Part shown: piece by piece, positions 19,109-28,479 of the stretch
Layout of the letters: each line of letters starts with the position of its first letter
Numbering within the stretch: position 1 is the first letter of the stretch
Assembly: GCA_043785585.1 (NCBI GenBank)
Contig: JAYVXB010000079.1
Location: 1-54,700, forward strand
DNA length: 54,700 nt
From: Deltaproteobacteria bacterium
GTDB lineage: Bacteria > Myxococcota_A > Polyangia > Polyangiales > Polyangiaceae
Reading direction: 5' to 3'
The notes under the pieces: model-generated
Database searches by the model: none
Told to the model about the DNA's origin: nothing
Seen by the model: the letters and a program-made list of their open reading frames with translations, nothing else
Program-made: the position numbers and the translations under genes

Positions 19109-19372
19109 ATGAACCTCATCGTCTTGGCCGTGTGCGTCTCGCTCTGCGCGTGCGGCACCTTCCATGAAAGGGCGGCGATGCCGCGGCCACCTGTGTGCGT
19201 GCAAGGAGGAAATCGACCGGTACAGATATCAATGGACGACTACGGCTCGACGTACACGCCGGACATGCAACGCGGCCCCGCGCCGGCGGCTCCCGACTCG
19301 TACCTCGTTCCCGAAGCGATGGCGGGCAAAGAATGCGATGCCCCGCCGTGGTGGGACGCGCCGGAGCGCTGA
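19109..19372 (+). CDS. Small lipoprotein (87 aa), PPWWDAPE family, paralogue of 28113..28373
   Basis: An internal ATG at 19109 in ORF 18176..19372 gives MNLIVLAVCVSLCACG (lipobox). The mature part matches the second copy at 60 of 76 positions in my hand alignment. Confidence 0.7.
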   Translation: MNLIVLAVCVSLCACGTFHERAAMPRPPVCVQGGNRPVQISMDDYGSTYTPDMQRGPAPAAPDSYLVPEAMAGKECDAPPWWDAPER

Positions 19373-19810
19373 TTTGGCCGCGTCGCGGCGCACACGGACG
19401 GCACGACACGTGCTCGCGCAACGCGCATGGAACGCTACGTCGTATTCGCGAGCGGCGTCGTCTGCGCGGCCTCACTCCGTTTCGCGATGGCGCCCGAGAC
19501 TGCTGTCGGAAAGCACCGCGCTGCCCGAGGCGACGACCACTCCAGGTACGTACCAAAGCACAACGGTCAATACGCCCGTTCCGATCATCGCTCGATTTGG
19601 TCCTGAGTATCCTTCCTCGGACGGCGGCACTTGACTCGCTTATCGCGGCGTCGCGGTTTGCGCGATCGCTGCGCCGGATCCCGCCCGCGCGATGACGAGC
19701 GTGGCCGCGGTCGGCGCCGACAATGCCGAATATCTCATTGGCGTGATCTCCGGCTGCGCTTCCATGTAACGCGCTACTCGCGGTCAAGCGTGTTGAACGT
19801 GTCGGCAATA

Positions 19811-19844
19811 GGGACAATTTCCCACTGAAGTGGACATCTTTCCC
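19811..19844. promoter_or_regulatory. Paired dyad element (GGGAcaattTCCC, then tGGAcatcttTCCC), candidate UAS
   Basis: Read directly from the sequence. It lies 78-111 bp upstream of the sigma-54-like promoter at 19922. Confidence 0.4.
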
Positions 19845-19921
19845 ACTGACGAGATCTGTCCACCCGACCGGAAGAACGGAATCGCAAGAAGCTTACGGTG
19901 TCTGTCCACCACGTGAGCCGC

Positions 19922-19937
19922 GGGCACGGTGCGTGCT
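19922..19937 (+). promoter_or_regulatory. Candidate sigma-54 promoter gGGCACGgtgcGTGCT
   Basis: The -24 half GGCACG is perfect and the -12 half is GTGCT. The spacing is exact. Confidence 0.5.
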
Positions 19938-19989
19938 CGGCTCGAATGCCTCCGTGCGCACCAAGACGAGTCCAAAGCCGATCAAGCGG

Positions 19990-20496
19990 ATGCACTCGAT
20001 GCTCGCCGCGATTTCGCTGCCGAAGCGATTCGTCTTCGGCGGCAAGGTCCGGAACATCAAGACGACGGTGTTCTCGCCGCAGAAGGTGGACACGATGGAG
20101 AAGGCGAATCTGATTCTTATCCTCACTCCGCATATCGTGCGCGACCGCAACGACCTCCGAGTCATCTTCGAACGCAAGATGCAGGAGCGGCAGGAGTTTC
20201 TCGACCACTACTTCGTCTTCCGTGATCAACCCGACTACGAGCCGCCGCACGACTACTCGCGATCCAGCGGTCTGCTCGAGGACATTCGACAAGAATATTT
20301 TTCGGTGGACGAGCGAATGCGCCTTGAGGCGTTGGCCAAGCCGAAGTCGCCGCGGGCACATTCTCCGGGGCAGCCGGTCGGCTCGGAAACACCGGGAGCG
20401 GCGGCGCCGGAACTTCCGGAACGAGGCGCGCCGCATCCGTCGCCCAATCTCGACATCGCCCCACCACCTCGACACATCGACAGGGGGAAACGCTGA
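19990..20496 (+). CDS. Secretin (GspD-type) C-terminal fragment, 168 aa; gene remnant or stand-alone tail domain
   Basis: ANLILILTPHIVRDRNDLRVIFERKMQERQEFLDHYFVF resembles the extreme C-terminus of T2SS secretins as I remember them from Myxococcota. No N-domains or secretin core are present upstream. The stop overlaps the USP start (TGATG). Confidence 0.5.
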   Translation: MHSMLAAISLPKRFVFGGKVRNIKTTVFSPQKVDTMEKANLILILTPHIVRDRNDLRVIFERKMQERQEFLDHYFVFRDQPDYEPPHDYSRSSGLLEDIRQEYFSVDERMRLEALAKPKSPRAHSPGQPVGSETPGAAAPELPERGAPHPSPNLDIAPPPRHIDRGKR

Positions 20497-20975
20497 TGAC
20501 GTTGGCGAAGGATCCCAACCACAGTGTCGAGATCGCGCGCGCCGACGCTCGCGCGGTTCACACGATCTTGGCCGCGCTCGACGGTTCGCCGCGCGCCAAA
20601 GACGTCTTCGACGTCGCCGCGAAGTTCGCGCGACGTTTTGGCGCGCGGCTCGTGCTGCTGCGCGTCGTGGAGACGCCGGAAGCTGCGCGCGTTTCGGCGG
20701 AGAGCCCATGCGATGCGCTTCCCGCGGATGTCGTGACTACGGCGCTCCACGATCTCGCGGCGATTGCTGGGCATGACCTGTTCACGACGGCGTCGCGCGT
20801 TCGTGGCGGGGTTGCGTGGAAGGTCATCGTCGACACTAGCGAGGAGGAGCGCGCCGATCTCGTCGTCATCGGGAGCCACCGATATCGCGGTCTCGAGCAC
20901 GTGCTCGGCAGTACCGAAAGGAGTGTCGTCAGCCACTCCGCACGCAGCGTTTACGTCGTCCACGCAAACGCATGA
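20496..20975 (+). CDS. Universal stress protein (UspA family)
   Basis: 159-aa ORF with the USP pattern (ILAALDGS, ADLVVIGSHRYRGLEHVLGSTERSVVSHS..VYVV). Confidence 0.85.
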   Translation: MTLAKDPNHSVEIARADARAVHTILAALDGSPRAKDVFDVAAKFARRFGARLVLLRVVETPEAARVSAESPCDALPADVVTTALHDLAAIAGHDLFTTASRVRGGVAWKVIVDTSEEERADLVVIGSHRYRGLEHVLGSTERSVVSHSARSVYVVHANA

Positions 20976-20992
20976 CAGGGAGGTAACGAACA

Positions 20993-21145
20993 ATGCTCTA
21001 CACCCTGATTTCCGTCACTCTCCTCGCCAGTGCGGTGCTGTTTCTTCGGCTTTGGCGACTCGCCGCCGGCCCCGGTTCGTACCCTCGCCACGCGTTGGTC
21101 GCCCTGCTCGCGTTTCTCGACGCGCTGTTTTGGGTCACGCGCTGA
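20993..21145 (+). CDS. Possible small membrane protein (50 aa, two hydrophobic segments)
   Basis: My own translation gives MLYTLISVTLLASAVLFLRLWRLAAGPGSYPRHALVALLAFLDALFWVTR. GGGAGG lies 9 nt upstream of the ATG. It is below the ORF-track size cut-off. Confidence 0.35.
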   Translation: MLYTLISVTLLASAVLFLRLWRLAAGPGSYPRHALVALLAFLDALFWVTR

Positions 21146-21159
21146 TTGGTCCGCGCGGA

Positions 21160-22500
21160 ATGCCGCACGCTCACCACTTCCTGCAGCGACTCGACCGTAT
21201 GCCGCGAGCGCACGCCGAATTCGCGCTCTCGCTCTACCGGGACGAGCCGTTCCTCCAGCGCTTGCTTCGAGGACTGCGCACACCGGAGGGCGTCGCGCGG
21301 GTCGCGATCGCCATGGACGACGACGCGAGCGGCCCGTTCGTCGTGGTGACGGCCGACGGCCATTTCGTCACCTGTCTTGGGCAGGGAATGAGCCCGCGGG
21401 GTCTGCCCGTCGTGACGCGCGGCCAGGTAGACGCCGCGCGGGCCCGCGAGCTCGACATGGAGAGTCGAGCCGAGACCGCGCGCGCCGTGGAGCGGGCACG
21501 CGGCGGTCGCGAGAATCTCCTTCGATTGGCCTACCAGCGCGCCGATGCCCTTTCCCGCGACGAGCTGATCGCCTTGTCCGCTTGGGCGCCCGTCCTGTAC
21601 GTCGATTTTCTCCAAGCCTTCCTGCGGGGGGCGACTCGCATCGATGACTCCGAGGTGCTCCTGCGCGCGCGTGACCGGTCGGAGCCGCATGCGATCGACC
21701 GCCTCCGCACGTATTGGCGGACGTTGTTCGCGAACGCGCATCATCTCGCCCTCGCGACGATGGGCGATGCGAAAGCAGTCGCGGAGTTCCTTGCCGGCGC
21801 CGACTTCCGCGTATGGACGCCGACGCTACTTCTGACGCGCGAGCGCGTTCTGGCCGCGTCGATGCGCGCGGCCTGGTCCGTGAGCCGGCTCGGCAAGCTT
21901 CTGCTCGGTCCGTACAAGCGGCAGCTGGCGGCATCTTCGCCGCTGGCCGTGCTCGATGCCGTCATCGCGCTCACCGCCCTCGCAGCTCGCCATCAGGCGT
22001 GCGCCGCTGAGGTGCGGAAAGCGCTCCGGAGCCACTTGACCGCCCCCTGCGAGCCGCACAATGCCTACGTCCGCGCGACGATGCTTCGCTCCGCCGAGGT
22101 CGTGCTCGCTGCCCCGGACACCGCCATACGGTACGCGATCGAGCGCGGACAGCGGCTCGCGCAGGCTGGCGACGGTGGCGTCGGCGCGGTATCCGACTCG
22201 CTCGCCGAGCTCTTGGCGATCAACGAGTGCCGCGATCTCGTCGACATCGAAGACGACCATTTCCCCTGCATCCTTTTGGTCGCGAGCATCGCGCGCCGCG
22301 ACGCGGAAGAACTGTATTTCACGAGCCACGACCTCGCGCGTTTTCCGAGAGCTTGGAGCGCAGGTCTGGTTCTCGACGTACTCGAACGCGCACGCCCCAT
22401 TCATCGACACGACCCGAGCCGGAACGCGGCGCGGACGGGGCGCAACGCCGCGTGCGTCTGTGGAAGCGGGAAGAAGTACAAGCGATGCTGCGGCGCGTGA
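21160..22500 (+). CDS. SEC-C metal-binding motif protein (446 aa), otherwise uncharacterised
   Basis: An internal ATG at 21160 of ORF 20764..22500 (MPHAHHFLQRL). The C-terminus CVCGSGKKYKRCCG is the SEC-C zinc motif. Confidence 0.75.
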   Translation: MPHAHHFLQRLDRMPRAHAEFALSLYRDEPFLQRLLRGLRTPEGVARVAIAMDDDASGPFVVVTADGHFVTCLGQGMSPRGLPVVTRGQVDAARARELDMESRAETARAVERARGGRENLLRLAYQRADALSRDELIALSAWAPVLYVDFLQAFLRGATRIDDSEVLLRARDRSEPHAIDRLRTYWRTLFANAHHLALATMGDAKAVAEFLAGADFRVWTPTLLLTRERVLAASMRAAWSVSRLGKLLLGPYKRQLAASSPLAVLDAVIALTALAARHQACAAEVRKALRSHLTAPCEPHNAYVRATMLRSAEVVLAAPDTAIRYAIERGQRLAQAGDGGVGAVSDSLAELLAINECRDLVDIEDDHFPCILLVASIARRDAEELYFTSHDLARFPRAWSAGLVLDVLERARPIHRHDPSRNAARTGRNAACVCGSGKKYKRCCGA

Positions 22501-22525
22501 ACCGCGCGGCCTCAGGCTGCGCGGT
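22501..22525 (+). terminator. Hairpin directly after the SEC-C gene (ACCGCGC-N11-GCGCGGT)
   Basis: A 7-bp GC stem begins 1 nt after the stop codon. There is no T-tract. Confidence 0.35.
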
Positions 22526-22616
22526 CGGCCCGTTCCCGTCTCGCGCGCGCCGGAGCAGATTCTCGCTCATCGGAACGTGCCGAAGAGCGACAATCCCTGC
22601 TGAGCGCACGACCTAG

Positions 22617-23789
22617 ATGCATCGATCGACGAACCACCCTTCCCTGCTCGGCTTCGCGCGTCTCTCGCTGTGGCTCGGCATCGTCGGCTTCGGCGGCGGA
22701 TTCGCGATCGCGCAGCGCGTGCGCCACACGGTCGTCGAGAAGGAACGGTGGCTCGCGGAGCGCGAGTACCTCGACGCCTTCGCGGTAGCGTGCGCCTTGC
22801 CGGGTACGTCGTCGACCAACCTTCTGACGATCCTCGGGCTGCGGTTTCACGGCGTTCGCGGCGCGCTCGCGGCTGCGACCGCGTTCCTGATGCCGAGCGT
22901 TGCGCTCATGCTCGCGTTCGGCGCGGCTTACGGACACGTGCGCGGGGTCGGCACGATCTCGGCGGTCCTCGACGGCATGAGCGTCGCGACCGTCGGCGTC
23001 GTCGCGGCGGCTGCGGTCGATCTCGGCCGCTCCACGCTCACGCGCCGAACGCACTGGGTGCTCGCTGCGGCGAGCGTAGTGCTCCTTGCTTTTCATCTTC
23101 TCAATCTGTTGGAGGTCGTGGCCGGCGCGGCGCTGCTCGGCGTGCTGCTCTTGCGCACGCCCCCGGACGCGGCCCCCGCGAAGAGAGTCTCCGCCGAGGA
23201 GGAGGCCTTCCCACCGGCCTCGCTCCGCTCCGTGATGCCATTCGCGTCGGCGTTTGCTTTCCTCGGCGCACCCGCGGCGCTCCTCTTCGTCGTCTTCGCG
23301 CGCATCGGGCTCGTGACGTTCGGTGGAGGCTTCGCGATGATTCCCGCCATCGAGCACGAGGTCGTCGCGACGCGCGGGTGGCTCACCGAGGGCGTGTTCA
23401 ACGACGCGATCGTGCTCGGGCAGATCACGCCGGGGCCGGTCGCGATCGCGTCCACGTTCATCGGCTACCGCGTCGCAGGTCTCGGCGGCGCGGCACTCGC
23501 GACGCTCGGAATGTTCGCGCCACCGTTCGTGCTCTCGGTACTCGCGGGGCGTTCGATCGCCGCATTCCGCGCGAACCGCGCCGTCGACGGCGCGCTGCGT
23601 GGCGTCGGACCGGCGATCGTCGGCGTGGTCGCCGCAGCCGCGATCGCGCTCGGGCGGACGAGCTTGCACACGATGCCGGGAGGATTGATCGCCGTCGGCG
23701 CGTTCGCGTGGCTCGTCGTGTTTCGTCGCGGCTCGCCGCTCTTGCCGCTTGCCGTCGGCGGCGCGGCGACGTGGCTCATGTCGCTCTGA
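22617..23789 (+). CDS. chrA: Chromate transporter ChrA (CHR family, two-domain form)
   Basis: 390-aa ORF. The GFGGGFA motif occurs in the N-half (GIVGFGGGFAIAQ) and is repeated in the C-half (LVTFGGGFAMIPA), as expected for full-length ChrA. Confidence 0.9.
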   Translation: MHRSTNHPSLLGFARLSLWLGIVGFGGGFAIAQRVRHTVVEKERWLAEREYLDAFAVACALPGTSSTNLLTILGLRFHGVRGALAAATAFLMPSVALMLAFGAAYGHVRGVGTISAVLDGMSVATVGVVAAAAVDLGRSTLTRRTHWVLAAASVVLLAFHLLNLLEVVAGAALLGVLLLRTPPDAAPAKRVSAEEEAFPPASLRSVMPFASAFAFLGAPAALLFVVFARIGLVTFGGGFAMIPAIEHEVVATRGWLTEGVFNDAIVLGQITPGPVAIASTFIGYRVAGLGGAALATLGMFAPPFVLSVLAGRSIAAFRANRAVDGALRGVGPAIVGVVAAAAIALGRTSLHTMPGGLIAVGAFAWLVVFRRGSPLLPLAVGGAATWLMSL

Positions 23790-23794
23790 CAGCG

Positions 23795-24265
23795 TCAGTC
23801 GGCGGCCTCGCCCTTGTCGACTGGATACCCGAGCGCAGTCCAGTCGTCCTTCAACGTCGTCGGAAGATCGAGGACGCGAACCCGCGAGAACCGTAGCTTG
23901 CGCAGCTCGGCGTTCGCCGGTCGCACGTTGGGGCAGCGCGACTCCGGACAGCATCCGCAATAGACGACGATCTCTTCGTCTTTGCCGACCGCTGCCACCG
24001 TTCGCCGCAATCGTTCGAGTCCTTCCGCTTCTCCCCCCTCGCCCGCGTGGAGCGCGCCGGGGAGGTGCGCCTTGCCGTAGAGGTACTTCGGGCCGACGTG
24101 CAGGATGGTCGGTGACTTCGCGCCTGGATCGCCGAGGCGGCGCGCGAGCTCCGCCGGCTTCATCATCTCGAGCGGGGAATCACCACCGCCGGTCCCCTTG
24201 CAAGCGCCGACGGTCGTCGCGAAAAGCGCCGTGCCCGCGACCCAGTGGCGTCTCGTGATGCGCAT
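23795..24265 (-). CDS. Rhodanese-like domain lipoprotein
   Basis: The ATG at 24265 gives MRITRRHWVAGTALFATTVGAC (RR motif + lipobox). VVYCGCCPESRCPN occupies the rhodanese active-site loop region. It is the 3' part of ORF 23795..24673. Confidence 0.7.
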   Translation of the reverse strand: MRITRRHWVAGTALFATTVGACKGTGGGDSPLEMMKPAELARRLGDPGAKSPTILHVGPKYLYGKAHLPGALHAGEGGEAEGLERLRRTVAAVGKDEEIVVYCGCCPESRCPNVRPANAELRKLRFSRVRVLDLPTTLKDDWTALGYPVDKGEAAD

Positions 24266-24314
24266 CTTCCGGGGTGAGAGCCACATGACGCGAATTGGGT
24301 TCGTCGAGGTTAGT

Positions 24315-24349
24315 CGGAGAATTTCCCACTCGGACAGGGAGCTTTTCCC
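24315..24349. promoter_or_regulatory. Paired dyad element (cGGAgaattTCCC, then GGGAgctttTCCC 22 bp later), candidate UAS
   Basis: Read directly from the sequence. It lies 44-78 bp upstream of the sigma-54 promoter at 24393. Confidence 0.4.
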
Positions 24350-24392
24350 ACCGGTCGAGAGCGTTGCGGCGCTAAACGACGGACACCGCACG

Positions 24393-24408
24393 TGGTCCGA
24401 TCGTTGCT
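24393..24408 (+). promoter_or_regulatory. Sigma-54 (-24/-12) promoter TGGTCCgatcgTTGCT
   Basis: The spacing matches the consensus exactly. It is conserved with the 15324 promoter. Confidence 0.6.
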
Positions 24409-24421
24409 CCGCCCAGCGAGG

Positions 24422-26042
24422 ATGGACGGCGCGCTGCCGGAAAAGTCTCTCGACTCGCGCGCGCCGCACGGGGTCGCACGACGCGCCACGGTCGCGCGAC
24501 CGATCGGCGTGTTGGTCGGGATGGCTATGTCCATTGTGACGATCGCGACGCTCGCGTATTGGGACGAGCGACGCGAATCGGCGGCCTCGCTCGAGGACTT
24601 CGCGCAAGAGCAGACGACGATCGCGTCCGCCGCCGCCACGGCGCTCGAGACGCTTCTTCAGGCCGCGCGCCAAGACGCGCTCGCGATCGCGCGCCGCGAG
24701 CCGTCGAACCCGAAGACTGCGCCCGAAGCCGCGAGCACGCTCGACGTATCGGTCGTCTCCAGGCGCGAGCCGCTGCCCGATCTCGTCGACGACGGACGGA
24801 CGCTCGTCTTCAGCATCGCGCTCGACGATGCACGCCGCGTCGACTTCCGCGTCGAGGCCGAGCGACTGCTCGAGCCTCTTCGATCCATCGAGCGCGCGGG
24901 CTCGACCATTCTTCTCGTCCAGCGACCGAATCGCCGTGGGCTCATCACCACGCGCGGAGACATCGTCGCGCTCGATCCCGTCGAGTCCGGCCTCGATCGC
25001 GCGCTCCCTTGGGCGAGACTCGCGCGGCCGGAGGCGTCGCGTCTCGCGCTACCCTCTCGCACGGCGATGGCGGGCCTGCACACCTTCGATGCGCACGATC
25101 TCGGACGCTGGGGAATCGCGGTCGTGAGCAGCGCCGAACGCGAGCGCGACCGCGAGAATCGCGCCGTGGCTCGACTGATGCTCGGCGTGGGGCTAGCGTC
25201 CGGACTCGTGCTCGTCTTCGGCGGCGTCGCTTTGCGTAAGCAGCGAAAGCAGCTCGAGCTCGCGAGCGAGCTCGCCCTCACGGAGGTGCAACGAGAGCGC
25301 GACGACCAGCTGCTGCGGGCCGACAAGCTCGCGACGATGGGCGCGCTCGCCACCGGCATCGCGCACGAAGTGTCGACGCCGCTCGGCGTCATCATGGGCC
25401 GCGCGGAGCAGCTTGTGCCGAAGCTCGCGGGCGACGAGAAAGCGAAGAAGGCGCTCGACGTCATCCTCGAACAATCGGAGCGCATCGGCACGGTCATACG
25501 TGGGTTCCTCGGCCTCGCGCGCGGTGCCGCCCCGAGCCTCCAGCGCGTGGATGCTGCGGGGCTCGCGCGCAAAGCGATGGAGCTCGTGGAACATCGCTTC
25601 TCGAAAGCCGGCGTGCGCCTCTCCGGCGACTTCGGCGGAACGCTGCCGCGCGTAGCGTGCGATCCCCGCCTCTTCGAGCAAGTCCTTGTCAACCTCCTCT
25701 TGAATGCTTGCGACGCGTGCGAGAGGGGGGGCAACGTCGCGCTTCGCGTGCGCGGCGACGGCGAGCGCGTCGCGTTCATCGTCGTCGACGACGGCGTCGG
25801 GATTTCCGCAGAGGACGCGACGCGCGCGACGGAGCCGTTCTTCACGACGAAAGCCGCGGGACAAGGGACCGGCCTCGGCCTCGCGATCGCCTCGGAGATC
25901 GTCAAGCATCACCAAGGCACGCTCACGATTCGTCCACGCTCGGCGCCCATCGAAGCCACGCCGGGCCACTCCGTACCACCGGGTTCGAACGCACGCGGCA
26001 CACGCGCGTGCGCCGAGCTCCCCGCAGCGAGAGACGGCGCCC

Positions 26043-26050
<8 letters not shown>
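24422..26050 (+). CDS. Sensor histidine kinase, paralogue of 15354..16985
   Basis: ORF 24392..26050. I set the start at the ATG at 24422 (MDGAL versus MDAAL in the paralogue). The H, N and G boxes are identical in sequence to copy 1. Confidence 0.9.
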
Positions 26051-27437
<1,387 letters not shown>

Positions 27438-27789
27438 AGCGACGGGCGTTCATGGTGCTTCAGTGGCCGTCCATGTTCCGTGCCTCGCCGTGATCCCGCG
27501 AGCGTTGCCCTCGCCCCGCGCGACGTTGCACTCGGGATATCGTCGGGCCGCTCCAGCGCGCCCTCCCCGAGATCGTCTGGCGAGCGCTCGGACTCATCGG
27601 TCACCGGGGCAGCACGCATCGTGCCGCGCGCGCGGCGCGCGGACCGCGAGCGTTTCAGCGAGGGCGCCGATAGCGACGGGAGGCAGCACGCCCACCCCGC
27701 TGGGAGATTCTCCTAGCTATGCGAGACTCGGCCGCGCTCAGCGTTGGCGGGAACTGCCGTTCCTGCCGCGGTCGCGACGTCCGCGTCGA

Positions 27790-28086
27790 ATGGCCAGCGC
27801 ATTGCATGCTCTTCCGAGAATGCGCGCGACGCTCCACATTGCATCCATCGCGTTCGCACTCAGCGTGGTTGCTGCCACGAGCGGGTGCAGCGACGGGAAA
27901 GTTCAAACCCCGACGAGCGATCGCAACTACGACGACGAAGGCGCTCGGGGTTCGACGAATGATCCCGGCGGCGCGAAAGACGGCGGAACGCGCGACGCCG
28001 CTACCGACGCGAACGGATCACCGGACGCAGCGAACGATGCGCCGAGCGACGCCGTCGATGACGTGGCGGACGCGGTTACCGACTAG
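27790..28086 (+). CDS. Small acidic (Asp-rich) lipoprotein
   Basis: This is the 3' part of ORF 27463..28086, with ATGs at 27790 and 27820. MRATLHIASIAFALSVVAATSGC carries a lipobox. The mature part is Asp/Ala/Gly-rich. Confidence 0.55.
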   Translation: MASALHALPRMRATLHIASIAFALSVVAATSGCSDGKVQTPTSDRNYDDEGARGSTNDPGGAKDGGTRDAATDANGSPDAANDAPSDAVDDVADAVTD

Positions 28087-28112
28087 CGGGCTGCGCGCTC
28101 CGACGTGCGTGA

Positions 28113-28373
28113 TCAGTTCTCCGGCGCGTCCCACCAGGGTGGCGCGACGCACTCGGGGCCCGCGTTCGCAGACGGAATCAAGTACGAGTCCGGCGCCGCA
28201 GGCGCAGGACCCGGCTGCATGTCCTCGGTGTACGTCGACCCGTAGTCATCCAGCGACATCGCAACCGGGCGGTTGCCTCCGCGCACGCAGACTGGCGGCC
28301 TCGGCATCTCTCGGTCGTGGAACGCCCCGCACGCGCAGAGCGTCAGCGTCAGAACCATCACGATGCGCTTCAC
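28113..28373 (-). CDS. Small lipoprotein (86 aa), PPWWDAPE family, paralogue of 19109..19372
   Basis: This is the 3' part of ORF 28113..29429. The GTG at 28373 gives VKRIVMVLTLTLCACG (lipobox). An alternative ATG lies at 28358. Confidence 0.7.
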   Translation of the reverse strand: MKRIVMVLTLTLCACGAFHDREMPRPPVCVRGGNRPVAMSLDDYGSTYTEDMQPGPAPAAPDSYLIPSANAGPECVAPPWWDAPEN

Positions 28374-28445
28374 ACGATTTTCTGAAGCAAGAACGATGCA
28401 AGACTGCGAGGCCTGCGTCTGCCGTGGCGCCACGCGGAAGTGACT

Positions 28446-28479
28446 AGGACAATCTCCCTCCTGAAGGGGAGTTTCTCCC
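28446..28479. promoter_or_regulatory. Paired dyad element (aGGAcaatcTCCC, then GGGAgtttcTCCC 21 bp later)
   Basis: Read directly from the sequence. It lies in the divergent spacer between the small lipoprotein gene and the PAS-type sigma-54 activator gene. Confidence 0.35.

Noticed and set aside
19427-19606. A 59-aa plus-strand ORF with a signal-like start (MERYVVFASGVVCAASLRFA) and a 38-aa hydrophobic minus-strand ORF nearby.
   Set aside because: Third-position GC is clearly lower than in accepted genes. There is no convincing ribosome-binding site and no recognisable motif. They are mentioned under the gene-poor region but not annotated.
25976-25995. A tRNA T-arm-like GGTTCGAAC sequence.
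   Set aside because: It lies inside the kinase CDS (encoding PPGSNARG). No acceptor or anticodon stem can be drawn around it.
27743-27765. A sigma-54-like TTGGCGGGAACTGCC and the GGAAC-N4-GTTCC inverted repeat upstream of the acidic lipoprotein gene.
   Set aside because: The GG-to-GC spacing is 2 nt too short for a sigma-54 promoter. The small inverted repeat alone is not enough to call a site.
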